A DNA stretch of 64,000 bases from Camelus ferus. Taxonomy: Eukaryota. Shown here in pieces: positions 27,183 through 38,440 of the stretch. The stretch lies in assembly GCF_009834535.1 (NCBI RefSeq), contig NC_045697.1, positions 38,194,001 to 38,258,000 on the forward strand. The letters run 5' to 3'. A model generated the notes under the pieces. The model worked only from the letters and a program-made list of their open reading frames with translations, did not search any database and was not told the origin of the DNA. The position numbers were made by a program, and so were the translations under genes. Positions within the stretch are counted from its first letter, which is position 1. Every line of letters starts with the position of its first letter.

Positions 27183-27240
27183 CCAGATGCCACAACCTAT
27201 TTTTCCCACTCACACAGCTGGTATATTCCATTAAGTTAGT

Positions 27241-27801
27241 TGAGCAGACATAGAATGCCCCTCCCACCCTACATGGAAATGATTCTGAGAACTGATGGAC
27301 TAAGAACGCCACCTGCCATATCAGTTAACAAAGGACACTGTGGCCATCACCCATCAGCCACTACTGCCGCCCCCGATGGTGAGCTGGAGGGAACTTAGAA
27401 TGGAGACAAGCAAGGCCTCAGCCTCTGGAGCCACCCCCAGTGGTGCAACTGGAGGGGACTCAGGATGGGAAGCACAGGAGACTGGCCCTAGGTAGCTAAG
27501 GTACATATCAAAGGAATTGTTTCAAAGAGCCCAGACTTGTGCATCTTCCCACATATAGAAAAATGCTAAATTCCTTGAGATACCTGGTTTCCTTTAATTA
27601 ACAGTAATCTTTTGATGTTTTAACTATCTGCTCTTTGTTGCAAAAACTCCTACATATCCTGGTTCCTCCCCTACCTCTTCGGAGCAGTCTCTCAGAGTGA
27701 TCCGAGAGGCTACATCTCAGGCTTGAAGTCCTCAATAAGTCTGCCAAGTAAAACATAACTCTCAACTTTTAGGTTGTAGGTTTTTTTTTTTTAAGTCCAC
27801 A
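27241..27801 (+). mobile_element. ERV solo LTR
   Basis: TG...CA termini with a near-TSD (tagt/aagt). Related to 19030-19439. Confidence 0.7.
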
Positions 27802-27993
27802 AAGTTAATAGCCATCATTGTCATTTACTGATGACCTGCCACAAACCAGCACAAATCCCTTTACACAAGGCATTTCTTTAGAATGTAATTCAAGACCCTT
27901 GTGTTCCAGCCCCAGTTTAACTTTCCTGCCCTACTCTTCTCTGGCTCCTCTCAACCCAGACAAAATCGTTTACATTGCCCCTGCAGCTCTAAA

Positions 27994-28041
27994 CAGACAC
28001 AGACAGACAGACAGACAGACAGTCACAGACACACACACACA
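27994..28041. repeat. (CAGA)n/(CA)n compound microsatellite
   Basis: cagacacagacagacagacagacagacagtcacagacacacacacaca. Confidence 0.85.
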
Positions 28042-28159
28042 GAATTCTTGTTCTGCATATGGTTCCCTCCTTTCTACATTTGGCCACCTCTGGACCATCC
28101 TGCAGGCTTCAGTCTCAAGAGTTCAGCTTTGTCTGATAACCTCTTAGATCATAGCCTAA

Positions 28160-28335
28160 ACCAGTGTTTCTCAAACCTGACTCCATATGAGAATCACTTG
28201 GAGGACTGAAAAATTACTGGTCCCCAAACTATATCCCTCAAAATCCTGATTTAACTGGTCAATATCAGGCTACTGGTATTTTTTTTAACTCCCCAGGGGA
28301 TCCTAATTAACAGTCAAGGCAGAGAACCACTGACC
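28160..28335. mobile_element. MER5-like hAT-Charlie element
   Basis: cagtgtttctcaaacct...agaatcacttggagg...ctccccaggggatcctaat...gagaaccactg. Confidence 0.65.
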
Positions 28336-28394
28336 TAAACTGAATTACTTACTGTCCCTGAGCACCAGAGGCCCCTCATGCTTCGCCGTATCTT

Positions 28395-28710
28395 GGCCTG
28401 CATATTATTTTATTGTAATCACTTGTTAGGTTGGCCCTCCCTTTTGAACACAAGCTCCTTGAGGGCAAGTTCAAGTTCATCATGGTATTCATTCGACAAC
28501 ACCTGACACACAGTAAGAGCTCAATAACTACCTTGAGTTGCTTTCTTAAGTTCATTTTGCACCCATTCTGCATGACAGGCCTTATCATCCCCAATTCCAA
28601 AAGAGCCCTCTGAGGCTCAGAGAGGCTAAATCACACAGCAAGTGAGTGGCAGAGCCAGGATTAGAACTCTGCACTCTCTGACTGCAAAACTGTCCACCAC
28701 ACTACAGTGC
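28395..28710. mobile_element. L2 3' end followed by MIR
   Basis: caagctccttgagggcaag...acacctgacacacagtaagagctcaataa, then tgaggctcagagaggctaa...agtggcagagccaggattagaac. Confidence 0.6.
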
Positions 28711-29597
28711 TTTCAGACTTCTTCTGAATAAGTTGCTTATATTAAATGAGTTGTTCCTTCTGAATTAGAAGTAACGGCAAGACTAGAAACTATAAGTGTA
28801 CTGTGAATAACTGAGTAAAATACATCCCAAAAATCACTCAATTTCCTAAGATTGTTGGGGACAAGCCTTTACAAAATCTGGACCTCGGCTGACTCCAAAT
28901 CCAATAAAACCTGAAATGGCTCTGATGTACTGAATTTCTGAGCAAACAACAAAGAAACAAAACAAAACTAGTTTTAAAAAAAATCGTGCGATTGTAACAT
29001 CCACTGCAACTTTCTTAGGCAACCACACGAGGCACTGCTGATTTTAGGGACAACCTATAATGCACATGTTCAAAATACAAAGCAAGGGCTTCCAAGTTTC
29101 CTATGGCTACTCAGTCTCTAGCACAGTGTTTGTTTTCCCCAAAAGGCCACACTGCTGTGACCACTCCACTGCCTGTCTAGAGCAGAGAACCCACCACAGC
29201 ACTAGATACACACACATGAAACTCTTTTCCCAAATACAGGGCAATCACTGACTTCTAGGACTTGCTTATGTCCTGAGATGAACTTGCACTGCTCCGGAGA
29301 GGAGCTTGGCTACCAGGCAGCATAGGAATGCCAACTGCTTACTTCTCAGGACCCGTGCCACCTTCAATTACAGAAAATTGGAAGTGTATACAATAGTAAG
29401 TAAACATTTCTGTCCACGATTCAACCAGACAGTAAGCACAGAGTGTACAAGTCTGTGGTTAAGACGGCGACTCAGGCCACAAAGCTAGGTTTGTACAAAT
29501 GTTCTGGCATATTTCGGGATGGACCGCTATACAGTAAATCTTGGCACAAATGAACAAGAAAGCCTTTTGTTTTTTTTGGCTGCTAGAAGATTTTCCC

Positions 29598-30050
29598 TTT
29601 TTTTTTTTTAAACTGAGGTATAGTCAGTTTACAATGTTGTGTCAATTTCTGGTGTACAGCACAATGCTTCAGTCATACATGAACATACGTATATTCATTT
29701 TCATATTCTTTCCCACCATAAGCTACAAGATATTGAATATATTTCCCTGTGCTATACAGTACAAACTTGTTTATCTATTTTATATATACTAGTCAGTATC
29801 TGCAAATCTCAAACTCCCAGTTTATTCCTTCCCACCCTTCCCCCCCAGCAACCACAAGTCTGTGTTCTATGTCGGTGAGTCTGTTTCTGTCTTGGAGGCA
29901 AGAACACAAAATGGAATATAGTCTCTTCAGCAAATGGTGTTGGGAAAACTGGGCAGCTACATGTAAATCAATGAAGTTAGAACACTCCCTCATAACATAC
30001 ACAAAAATAAACTCAAAATGGCTTACAGACTTAAATATAAGACAAGACAC
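29598..30050 (-). mobile_element. Young-type L1 insertion with an inverted 5' segment
   Basis: Poly(T) plus antisense L1 3' UTR (29598-~29892), joined to a plus-strand ORF2 piece (~29893-30050, [22 protein letters not shown]). Confidence 0.8.
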
Positions 30051-30773
30051 AAAAAGGCCTTTTTAATTATCCTGGAAATTGGGAAGTTTCACAACTTTCT
30101 CTCTAAGCCTTCCAGGGCAATCTTTTGGAACTTTATGTATCACTGCCTGGAAATAACTTAATGGACATACCACAGTGGTTGGGAGTGGGAGGTTTAGAGG
30201 CAGGGACTCTGAGTATGAGGCTAGGAAGTCCAACAGCTTATTAGTCTTGGGCTCTGGAAAAAAATTTTAAAGATATTTAGCTTTTTTCCTTAATCTGTGA
30301 AAGGGACTAAGAATAGTAGGTAATAGAATTATTGCGAGAATTAAATGAATTAAATATTACTGTAAGTAATAGACTTAGCACAAATCCAGTTTTTAAAAAA
30401 GATGTCCAGCAAATAGTAGTGTTTGACACTGTGAGATACAGCTGTGTTCGTTCCTCTGATCTTCTCCCACTTGGGCTTGGCTCTATCAACAGCCTCTTCC
30501 TGGGCAGTGGCTCCCTGGGGTCCCACAGAACCTCATGGCCACAGCCAACTCACTTACATTTCCTGTTCTAATATTCTAAGAGTCCATGCACGGCCAAGTG
30601 AGTTGTATAATCAAAGCAGCTCTGAAATCAGAGAACGGTAAAGTCACTCCAGCCTGAAGAGGCGTGTGAAGGCTTAATGCAGGAAATGGGACTTTTAAAG
30701 TTAATTATTTAATTTATTTATATCTTACCCCAATCCCCAATATTGGTGGGATGTTTTTAAAATGCACATAATT

Positions 30774-30918
30774 GGGGAGGAGGGTGTAGCTCAGTGGTAG
30801 AGTACGTGTTTAGCATGCACGAGGTCCTAGGCTCAATCCCCAGTACCTTCATTAAAAATAATAATTAAAAAATTAAAAAATAGATAAACCTAATTACTTC
30901 CCCCCCCCAAAAGAAATA
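30774..30918 (+). mobile_element. tRNA-derived SINE, camelid Vic-1-like
   Basis: ggggaggagggtgtagctcagtggtagagtacgtgtttagcatgcacgaggtcctaggctcaatccccagtacc ... aaacctaattacttccccccccc. Confidence 0.85.
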
Positions 30919-31119
30919 AGATGCATATAATCAAAGGAATCAGAGGAATCAGAGGGGAGAGAGAATACAGATACTGAAAAAGCAAGGCCAGCCATTTATT
31001 TCACCCAATCATGTCCCAGTCTTGGGCTTAATAGGGGCAAATCTGGCTATAAATATTCTGTTACCAAAACAAAGAAGGAAAATGCAATTAGTTGCAAAAT
31101 TCATATATGCCAATATATA

Positions 31120-31325
31120 TCTTCTATGCCAGCCACAGTTCTACACATTTTATATGTATTAATGGTCATAACCCCTCTATGAATTAATAGTTTATAGTCA
31201 CTATTTACACAGATGAGAAACTGAGGCTCTAAGAGATTAAATAAGTGGCCCAGGGCTCACGGAGGCAGCCCTGAAATGTGAACCCTAACTGCCTGAGTTC
31301 ACAGCTCAGGCTCTTAAAGACTAAG
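31120..31325. mobile_element. MIR
   Basis: cagatgagaaactgaggctctaagagattaaataagtggcccaggg. Confidence 0.6.
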
Positions 31326-33687
31326 CAACACTGTTTTGATAGGTGATATAAAACAGTAATAGCAAACCAGTAGTTGAGAGGAAGCATTTCCCAACACTGA
31401 GATCTGAGCCCTCATATAAGACAAAACAGTTTAACAAAGTACACTAGTTTCTAGATTTGGTGAACTCTCAGATTGGTTAATTTTTTTTTTTATTTTGGTG
31501 GTGGGAGAATGTGATGTACAGCTGGCAACCTCTGTTCTATTTGTGTGCCAAGGAAGGACATTAAAACAACAACCACCAAGGACCATCAACATCATGTCAT
31601 GAAATAAATGATTCTTAAGCAGGAAAGGAAGGAAGGAAGGAAAGAAGGGGGAGGGTATCATCTAAAAATACAGAGAACCTTGTTTTTAAAACTTGAATAA
31701 ATTCAACTTTGCGAAAAATGTACACTGTCCATATCTTTCTCGTTTGCTCTCTGAGAGGCTAGGGACAGTCAGAGAATATCAATGATGTATGAACTAGCAT
31801 TTGAGAACCAGTGACAGCCTCCCCTGGGCATCTCTCTGTGACTCCAGAATAAGAAGGACCTAAAAGCAGAACTGAGACTGCGTCCTTCTCCTGTCTGGAT
31901 TCCAGAAGTCCTCAAAATGAAGTCTCTTAAGATTCAGAAGTTGTGATCAGGTCAAAAATTACAGAAGGTCTGTGAGGAGTGGCCAGAATAGGAGCCTTAA
32001 ATTTGTGGTTTTCACACAAGATGTGCATAGCACTCCCAAATAACACACCACTGCCATATGTGAGATATGCCACAGTGACACTTACTGTAAGGCTGTAATT
32101 TCAGTCTTCAATGAAACTGATAATTATTACTTTAAAGAGAACATAATACACTTAAATATATTTACAGGATTAACACTAGAAACAGTATTAGATTTTCCTG
32201 ATGCTAACACATTGGCAGCATTTTTCCATTTTGTTTAGTAAAGAATCTGAGCTGCTTATAAATTGATGCTGAAACCCACTGGATGCTTTCAGAGGCTGAA
32301 GCAAGCAGCCCCACTTGTGCAGGGAGTTTGTATTTACAATACCTACTGTTCCTATATTTCCATTAGAATGCAATTATCCCACTTGGGAAAAAATAAAGGT
32401 CACTGGGTTAATGGAGCTCACCTTTCTTTTTTAGCCCATAAATAATAAATCAAATATAATATTTAAAAAGAAAACCACATCCTGTATTTCTGATGCTTTT
32501 TCATAGGACATTTGAGTGCACAGCACTTACTATGGCCATAACTGTTACAGCCCATCAAGTTCCCACAGCATGGGCTCAGTAAAGAAGTACACAGCGTGTG
32601 TCTATTAAACTGATATTCATCAATACTAGAATGTTCACGAAATTTCCTGACATCTTCAAATCAGATTACAGTACATTCCACTCTGAATTCAAACAGCATC
32701 TATCACAGAATGATTTCTCCTAGCAGGTATACAGAAAATTTTAGCAGCTTGTACTGACAAAGATATCCATTTTAAAAATTCTAAACAAACACAGATTTCA
32801 AGCACATTCCCTTGCTTCCGGAACAGCTTACCAACAGAATTTGTGAGTAGACAGCAGACAGTGCTCATGACCAGGCTAATAGTAACAAATGCCTCTAAGC
32901 AAGATTCTACTGCCACTAATTTCTCTAATGAAAAAAAATGAAGACTTTTCTGCCAGCAAAGCTGAACAGGGCTCTCAGCCCAAAAGAGCCTAATCAATGC
33001 TTTCACTTCAGATCTCCCAAGGGATCAAGTAGGCAATTGCTCGAGAACCTGGCACATCAAGATTCATAGGCAGACTAGGAACACATGGCCTAAATAGCTT
33101 CAGAAAGTTATTTGTCTTGAGTTATTAAAAAAAAAAAACCCAAAACTTAGAACTATTGGATTACCAACACCCTGGAACTAAGGTGATGTCTCATGAGATT
33201 TATCTGAGAAATATTTTTTAAATAATATGGGAATTATAGTACCCCTGAGCCTTCTCTAAGGACTGTTAAACACCTGTAAATCACTTTCCAAAAATAATGA
33301 AAATGAAAAACTCTGCTTTCCACTTGACACAGGCTTGTGAAACAAAGTGCACTTCAATTGCCAACCGATGGAACCACCCACAACTCCTGCCTCATCAAGA
33401 ACTTTAACAGCATCACAGCATATCCCTGTGAATAAGCATTTTAACTTCAAATTATGAACCTAGCAACAGACCAGCCAGTCATTTTCATGAACAAGGCAGT
33501 ATTAATAAGCACATTTTTAAGTTAATTTGATGGGCATGTATCTCTCAACAGCACAAGATTATTTGTTTTTATTATAATTAGTGACAAAAATAACAACTAC
33601 CATTTACTGAGAGTTGTTCTGCCGGGCACTGATCTAATAGTTTTACGTGCATTATCTAATTTACTCTGGAAAAATCCTTATGGTCAG

Positions 33688-34075
33688 TGATGGGTGATAG
33701 AAGACACCACCCCAAAATATGCCACTTTGGCATAAGAATTATTTAAAACTTAAGATACCTTAAAAAGAGCATATGCAAGAAGGGCATTCTAATCTCCCCT
33801 TTTCTTCCTAAAAATAGGACACTGAAAACTCTTGAGAAAGATGCCCTCCCTTGGCTAAAGCCGAGAGAATTCTGTACAAACAGATCTTGTTAAAATAACT
33901 CATCTTCCTTCAACCCGTATGTTTTAGTTACTTTCCCACTATTGCCTCTCTTTGTTTAACCTGGTATAAAAGTATTTAGATTTTGCCACTTCTTTGAGTC
34001 TTTATGTCATTATGAGGGTTCCTGTGTCATGTAAACCTTGTAGAAATTTGTATGCTTTTCTCCTGTTAATCTAAT
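33688..34075 (+). mobile_element. ERV1 LTR fragment (MER34/MER39-like)
   Basis: caccaccccaaaatatgccactttggcataagaattattt...tgtatgcttttctcctgttaatct. Confidence 0.6.
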
Positions 34076-34204
34076 GAACAGACACTTAATTTTCCTTAGA
34101 TTCATTCTCAATGTAAATATTTTTGACTTTGAAACTTATCTAGGCTCCACCAAAAGGTTTCCTTAACACATTAATCATTTTTATGAATATTATCAAATAC
34201 TTAC

Positions 34205-34287
34205 TTCTTTACTTATTACAAAAGTTTCATATCTGTTTTACATAAAATCGAAGCGGGCCAATTGGCATTAGTTAAAAGGTAGATTTC
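34205..34287 (-). pseudogene. Coding-derived exon EIYLLTNANWPASILCKTDMKLL(frameshift)VISKE (phosphate-binding cassette of cNMP domain 1)
   Basis: Acceptor tttgtttttatttttcag|, donor gaa|gtaagt. 83 nt, one short of 84, giving TAA at 34216-34218. Completes the G|E-x-x-L...R-x-A-S motif with W (TGG, 34258-34260) at the Arg position. Confidence 0.85.
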
Positions 34288-34819
34288 CTGAAAAATAAAA
34301 ACAAATGCATCTCTTGTAGAACAATTTCAGCTCTGATATTTTTCTTACCATGAAAATCTGGGAACGTGTGAAATTTTAAGTATGCATCATTTTAAGCAAA
34401 TTATTTTTTAAGTAAATTTTGGGCTTATAGAGTTAATAAATACTTTCCTTTCACATTATCTGCCAGCCCCAGCAGGATTAATTTGGACAAACTACTGTAT
34501 AAAAACAGAAGCTTGGTTGAATGAGTCTTTCGTTTGGAATACATCACATGCTAAAACAGCAGCATGGTAAACAAACACGCACAAGGCTGTGCCCCAGCTC
34601 CATTCAATGCTCAGGAAAAAAGGATGCTTTGTTCTGAAGACAGCAAACTTGGGGCAGAGATGCTGACCTGGATCTATGATGCTCAGTGAAGGGGGATGAT
34701 GTTAGTGTAACCGCGTACAAAATCGTAACACTTTTTTATGATTATAATGTTGAAAAAGATGTAGCAGTAAAGAATCAAGGGGGGATTATCCTAGAGAAAG
34801 GAGAGTAGCAGGAATTCAA

Positions 34820-35166
34820 AATCTCTCTGCTTGAGATGGAACATCTATCTTCTGCCTTAGACACTGGCATTGCTGGTTCTCGGGCCTTCAGACTCGGACT
34901 AGGCCTTACATAACTGGCCCTTTGATTTTCAGTCCTTTGGAATCCAACTGGGACTTACACCATTGGTCCCCCGGGTTCTCAGGCCTCTGGACTCAGACTG
35001 AATTCCTGGCTTCCCTGGTTCTCCAGCTTGCAGATGGCAGATTACTGGACTTCTTGGCCTCCATAATCACGTGAGTCAATTCTTATACTAAATCTACATA
35101 TAGATATGTAGATATACCCTACTGGTTCTCTTTCTCTGGAAAACCCTGACTAGTACAGATTTTGGT
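34820..35166 (+). mobile_element. MLT2 (ERVL) LTR 3' part
   Basis: ggttctcgggccttcagactcggact...ctccagcttgcagatggcag...ggttctctttctctggaaaaccctgactagtaca, followed by gattttggt. Confidence 0.75.
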
Positions 35167-36531
35167 TGAGAAACACCGGTCCAGATGATCTCCAAGTTTC
35201 TTATCTTTGGTTGAAAAACCAATGACTCATTTGCTCTGCACACAGTTGGGGCAGCCCAGTGGCGGGAACAGAGCTCAAAATTTAGGATTCTACTCCCATT
35301 TCCGTCACTATGTTACTGTGAGCAATTCATTTAACTGTCCTGGTTCTCCATTCACTAAGGTGTAAAGTGAAAGACTTTGTGTAGTTGACCTTTGAGGCTC
35401 CATCTAACACTACCAGTCACTGATCCCCAGGAAGACCTTGGAGTCCACAAGGATCATCAGGTTCTAAGAGTGCCTCCAAAGCACCTCCCTCACTAGAATG
35501 GTTCACTAGTCCCAGGCTGGCCAACTCCTTAACCACTGCTCAATCTACCAAGAAATTTTTTTTTACCCACTGATGATTCATAATTAATTTAGCGATGGGA
35601 ATGCCATGGAAAAATAAGGTTTTGTTTTTATTGAAAATTGTTAGAAATATATCTGTTATTTCTCCTTTGCCCTTCTCATTGAATTTGTTGCCAATAAAAT
35701 GTCTTGAATTCATCTCCTAATTGGTATCCCGAGGATCGTTGCTTTGGTCCAGGGTCTGCTTATTGATCTCCCAGCTGTTCTCCAATTCTATGTTGTCCTT
35801 CATCTGTTAATATAAACCCCACCTCATCGCACCGGTCGTCTACCTAAATGTTAATCTGATCCATCTCTCCCCTACTTAAAAACCCTCAAGGAGCTCCACT
35901 GCCTGTAGGATTAAGTCCAGACTCTTTGGCAGCATTTCCAATACCATATCTGACCTCAATCCCAGCAACTGCTCTCACCTCCCAAGACCTCTACACTTAA
36001 GGACTTATGGATTCAAGAATCTCTAAATCCAATCCACCCTTGACTAAATACAGAAATGAACCAAGTTTTATCATTACATAATTACACATAAGCTACTTTC
36101 TTAGCCTAAATCTTACCCCTTTTGCATAAAATCTTTTGGAAGCACAAAATTTCTTTAATGAATCAAAAAGAACTCCTTGAATCAGTAACTGTTTTGGTAT
36201 AATTTCTGTATTTTTTAATACCACCCTACCTCCAGAGCTACACTTTGTAATTCATTCATTTAACTAGTCAGTCATTCATAGAGCAATCATTTATGAATCT
36301 TGTTGTATGTCCTGTACATTGACAAACTGTATATTAGACTATATATTGGTTCTACAATGCTAAGGAAAAATATGTTTCTTCTAAGCAATTCAATTACTGA
36401 AATATTTAATGCTCAAGGACAATACTATAGCATACCATGCTAATTATTTTAATGCAATGAGACACATACTTTTTTAAATTTTAATTTAAAAAAATGATGA
36501 TGAGAGACTGGGAAATTGAGACAGTATTTAC

Positions 36532-36691
36532 TCCTATGAAGTTGTCTTCTTCAAACTCACTTAAAATTTCAGAGTTGGTATTTTTGCACATGTTTGTATT
36601 ACTTGACATGACCTTTAAATATCCAGCAAAAATCAAGTAGCATTCCAAGGGTACATGTCCTTGTCTTAGAATCATACTTGCAGCTTCAAAT
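36532..36691 (-). pseudogene. Coding-derived exon FEAASMILRQGHVPLECYLIFAGYLKVMSSNTNMCKNTNSEILSEFEEDNFIG (cNMP domain 1 beta-barrel)
   Basis: Acceptor ttctttctccccag|, donor gga|gtaaat. 160 nt, phase 2->0, open. Matches the cNMP pattern I-x-R-Q-G...Y-x-I-x-x-G-x-L-x-V...F-x-G. Confidence 0.85.
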
Positions 36692-38004
36692 CTGGGGAGA
36701 AAGAATATTAAAAACATCTCTTCTGCAAAATGGCAAGTTTGAAGTCATTATTGGCTAGCAAAATTCTGTCATCTTCATCTGTAAAGAATTTTATTTTTTA
36801 TTAAGAAGCAATTCTCATCCTCTTCTGGTAAAGACCTTGAAGGCAGGGATCCTTGCCAACCTGTCCACTGCTGTAGCATCAGTGCCTAGAATGACACTTG
36901 GCTCAGAAAGTAGACACTCGATGAATATATATTGAGTGGATTTACGAATAGGCAAACAGAGGTGTCACACAACCACAAAAGGTCGCCATACAAATTAATT
37001 CCTTAGATGAGCCCTGCTCTTTCACAAAATATAGGCATTTTAAAAAACCATTACTGCTGAATTCATGGTGTAAATCCAGATCTTTGCCTTTTTGAGGACA
37101 TAAATTTGATTTGACTTGCATTCCTTTTATCAAGACTTTTTAAAAGTACTATATACATAATCAGCTTTGTGAATCTGCTACTTTCCTCTGTTCACAGGTC
37201 TTCAGCCAGAGAACAGGAGTTTGTCCACCCTTAGCTTCTAGAAACAACTACCCATAGTAGTCATGCATGGTAAGCTTTAATTGACATAAAAATAACCTGG
37301 GACATTTGATTTTAAAAAGTCAAGACTCCTTAATACCCTGGAAATTCTGATTTGGTAGGTCTGGGATAGGCCCCAGGAACCTGTATACTTAAAAGGCTCT
37401 CCAGATCATTTTGATGAGGACCACTTTTAAGGAACATTGTATTTGAGGCTAAGAGCAAACATTATTTATTTTGTTTTTCTGATATGAGTAATTATTGTGA
37501 AGACCAGAACAGAACATGTTCTATGAAATATTGAGAAGTTCTATGAAATATTGGGATAATTTATGATTTTTATTTAGTAATTATGCTACCCAGAATTCTT
37601 TCTTCCTAGAAGAGCAGTTATAATTTCTATATTCTAAATTAGGCAGGTGTCATTACAGAGAACATTAGTGGGAAAGAAGATGGCAGTTATTATATAACCA
37701 AAGACACCCCATCCCTGTGATATCAGTAAGAAAGTCTGAATTCTAGCCCTTGATTTACAATGAATTACTTAAATAATCTTGAGAAAATCACTTAACCTCC
37801 AAATCCCCATTGATAAAATGGTAATAAACCTGTATCTACATTCCTCATAATAATGTTTTAGGGGAAAAACAGAATATATAACATTGATTTAAATTATTCA
37901 AAAGGAAGGTATTTTATAAATCAAATTGGGATTTTGCCCTACTTTAATAAGCCTGATGATGTGAAGGAGAATTAGAAGCAGGAAAAACCCCAGCAAAATA
38001 GCCA

Positions 38005-38440
38005 TATAAGCAGTAAGTAAGCCACAGTTCCATGGATGCTCACAGAAGACATGGGACTCATGAGTCAAGAGACAAAGAACTTTTAGTTGCAGCAAAAGGA
38101 CCAACAAGAGTATCAGTATTGCTGCATCAGTCCCCAAGTCCCTCAAGGCAATGGGGAGGGCTCAGTGGAGCCTGCATATGCAGTGGAGTGGGTAACGGGG
38201 AGGAACCCTGAGCTTTGGGAATCTGCTGCTTTCATAACAGGCAGTAAGCAAGCTGGTTTGTCTGGAAGGAGACCAGGTGCCATGAAGAAGTGCAATGCAT
38301 TACTTTGTTAGGACTGTCAGCTGAATAAACAATTTGAGAAATGGCCCAGGCAAAAGAACAGTCAAAGCCTTGGGATTTTGGCACATTCAGCAAGATGTGT
38401 AAGAACATAAGAGGCTCAAAGCAGACTGTCTCTCAGCATA
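38005..38440. mobile_element. Probable old LTR (family unassigned)
   Basis: GC-richer block with LTR-like composition (gggactcatgagtcaagagacaaagaac...gactgtctctcagca). Confidence 0.35.

Noticed and set aside
19030..27801. Two similar LTRs as the ends of one provirus
   Set aside because: They differ in length and are clearly diverged, there is no gag/pol/env between them, and the second has its own near-TSD.
7905..30918. tRNA-like sequences as tRNA genes
   Set aside because: They have degenerate stems and SINE tails, so they are SINE heads.
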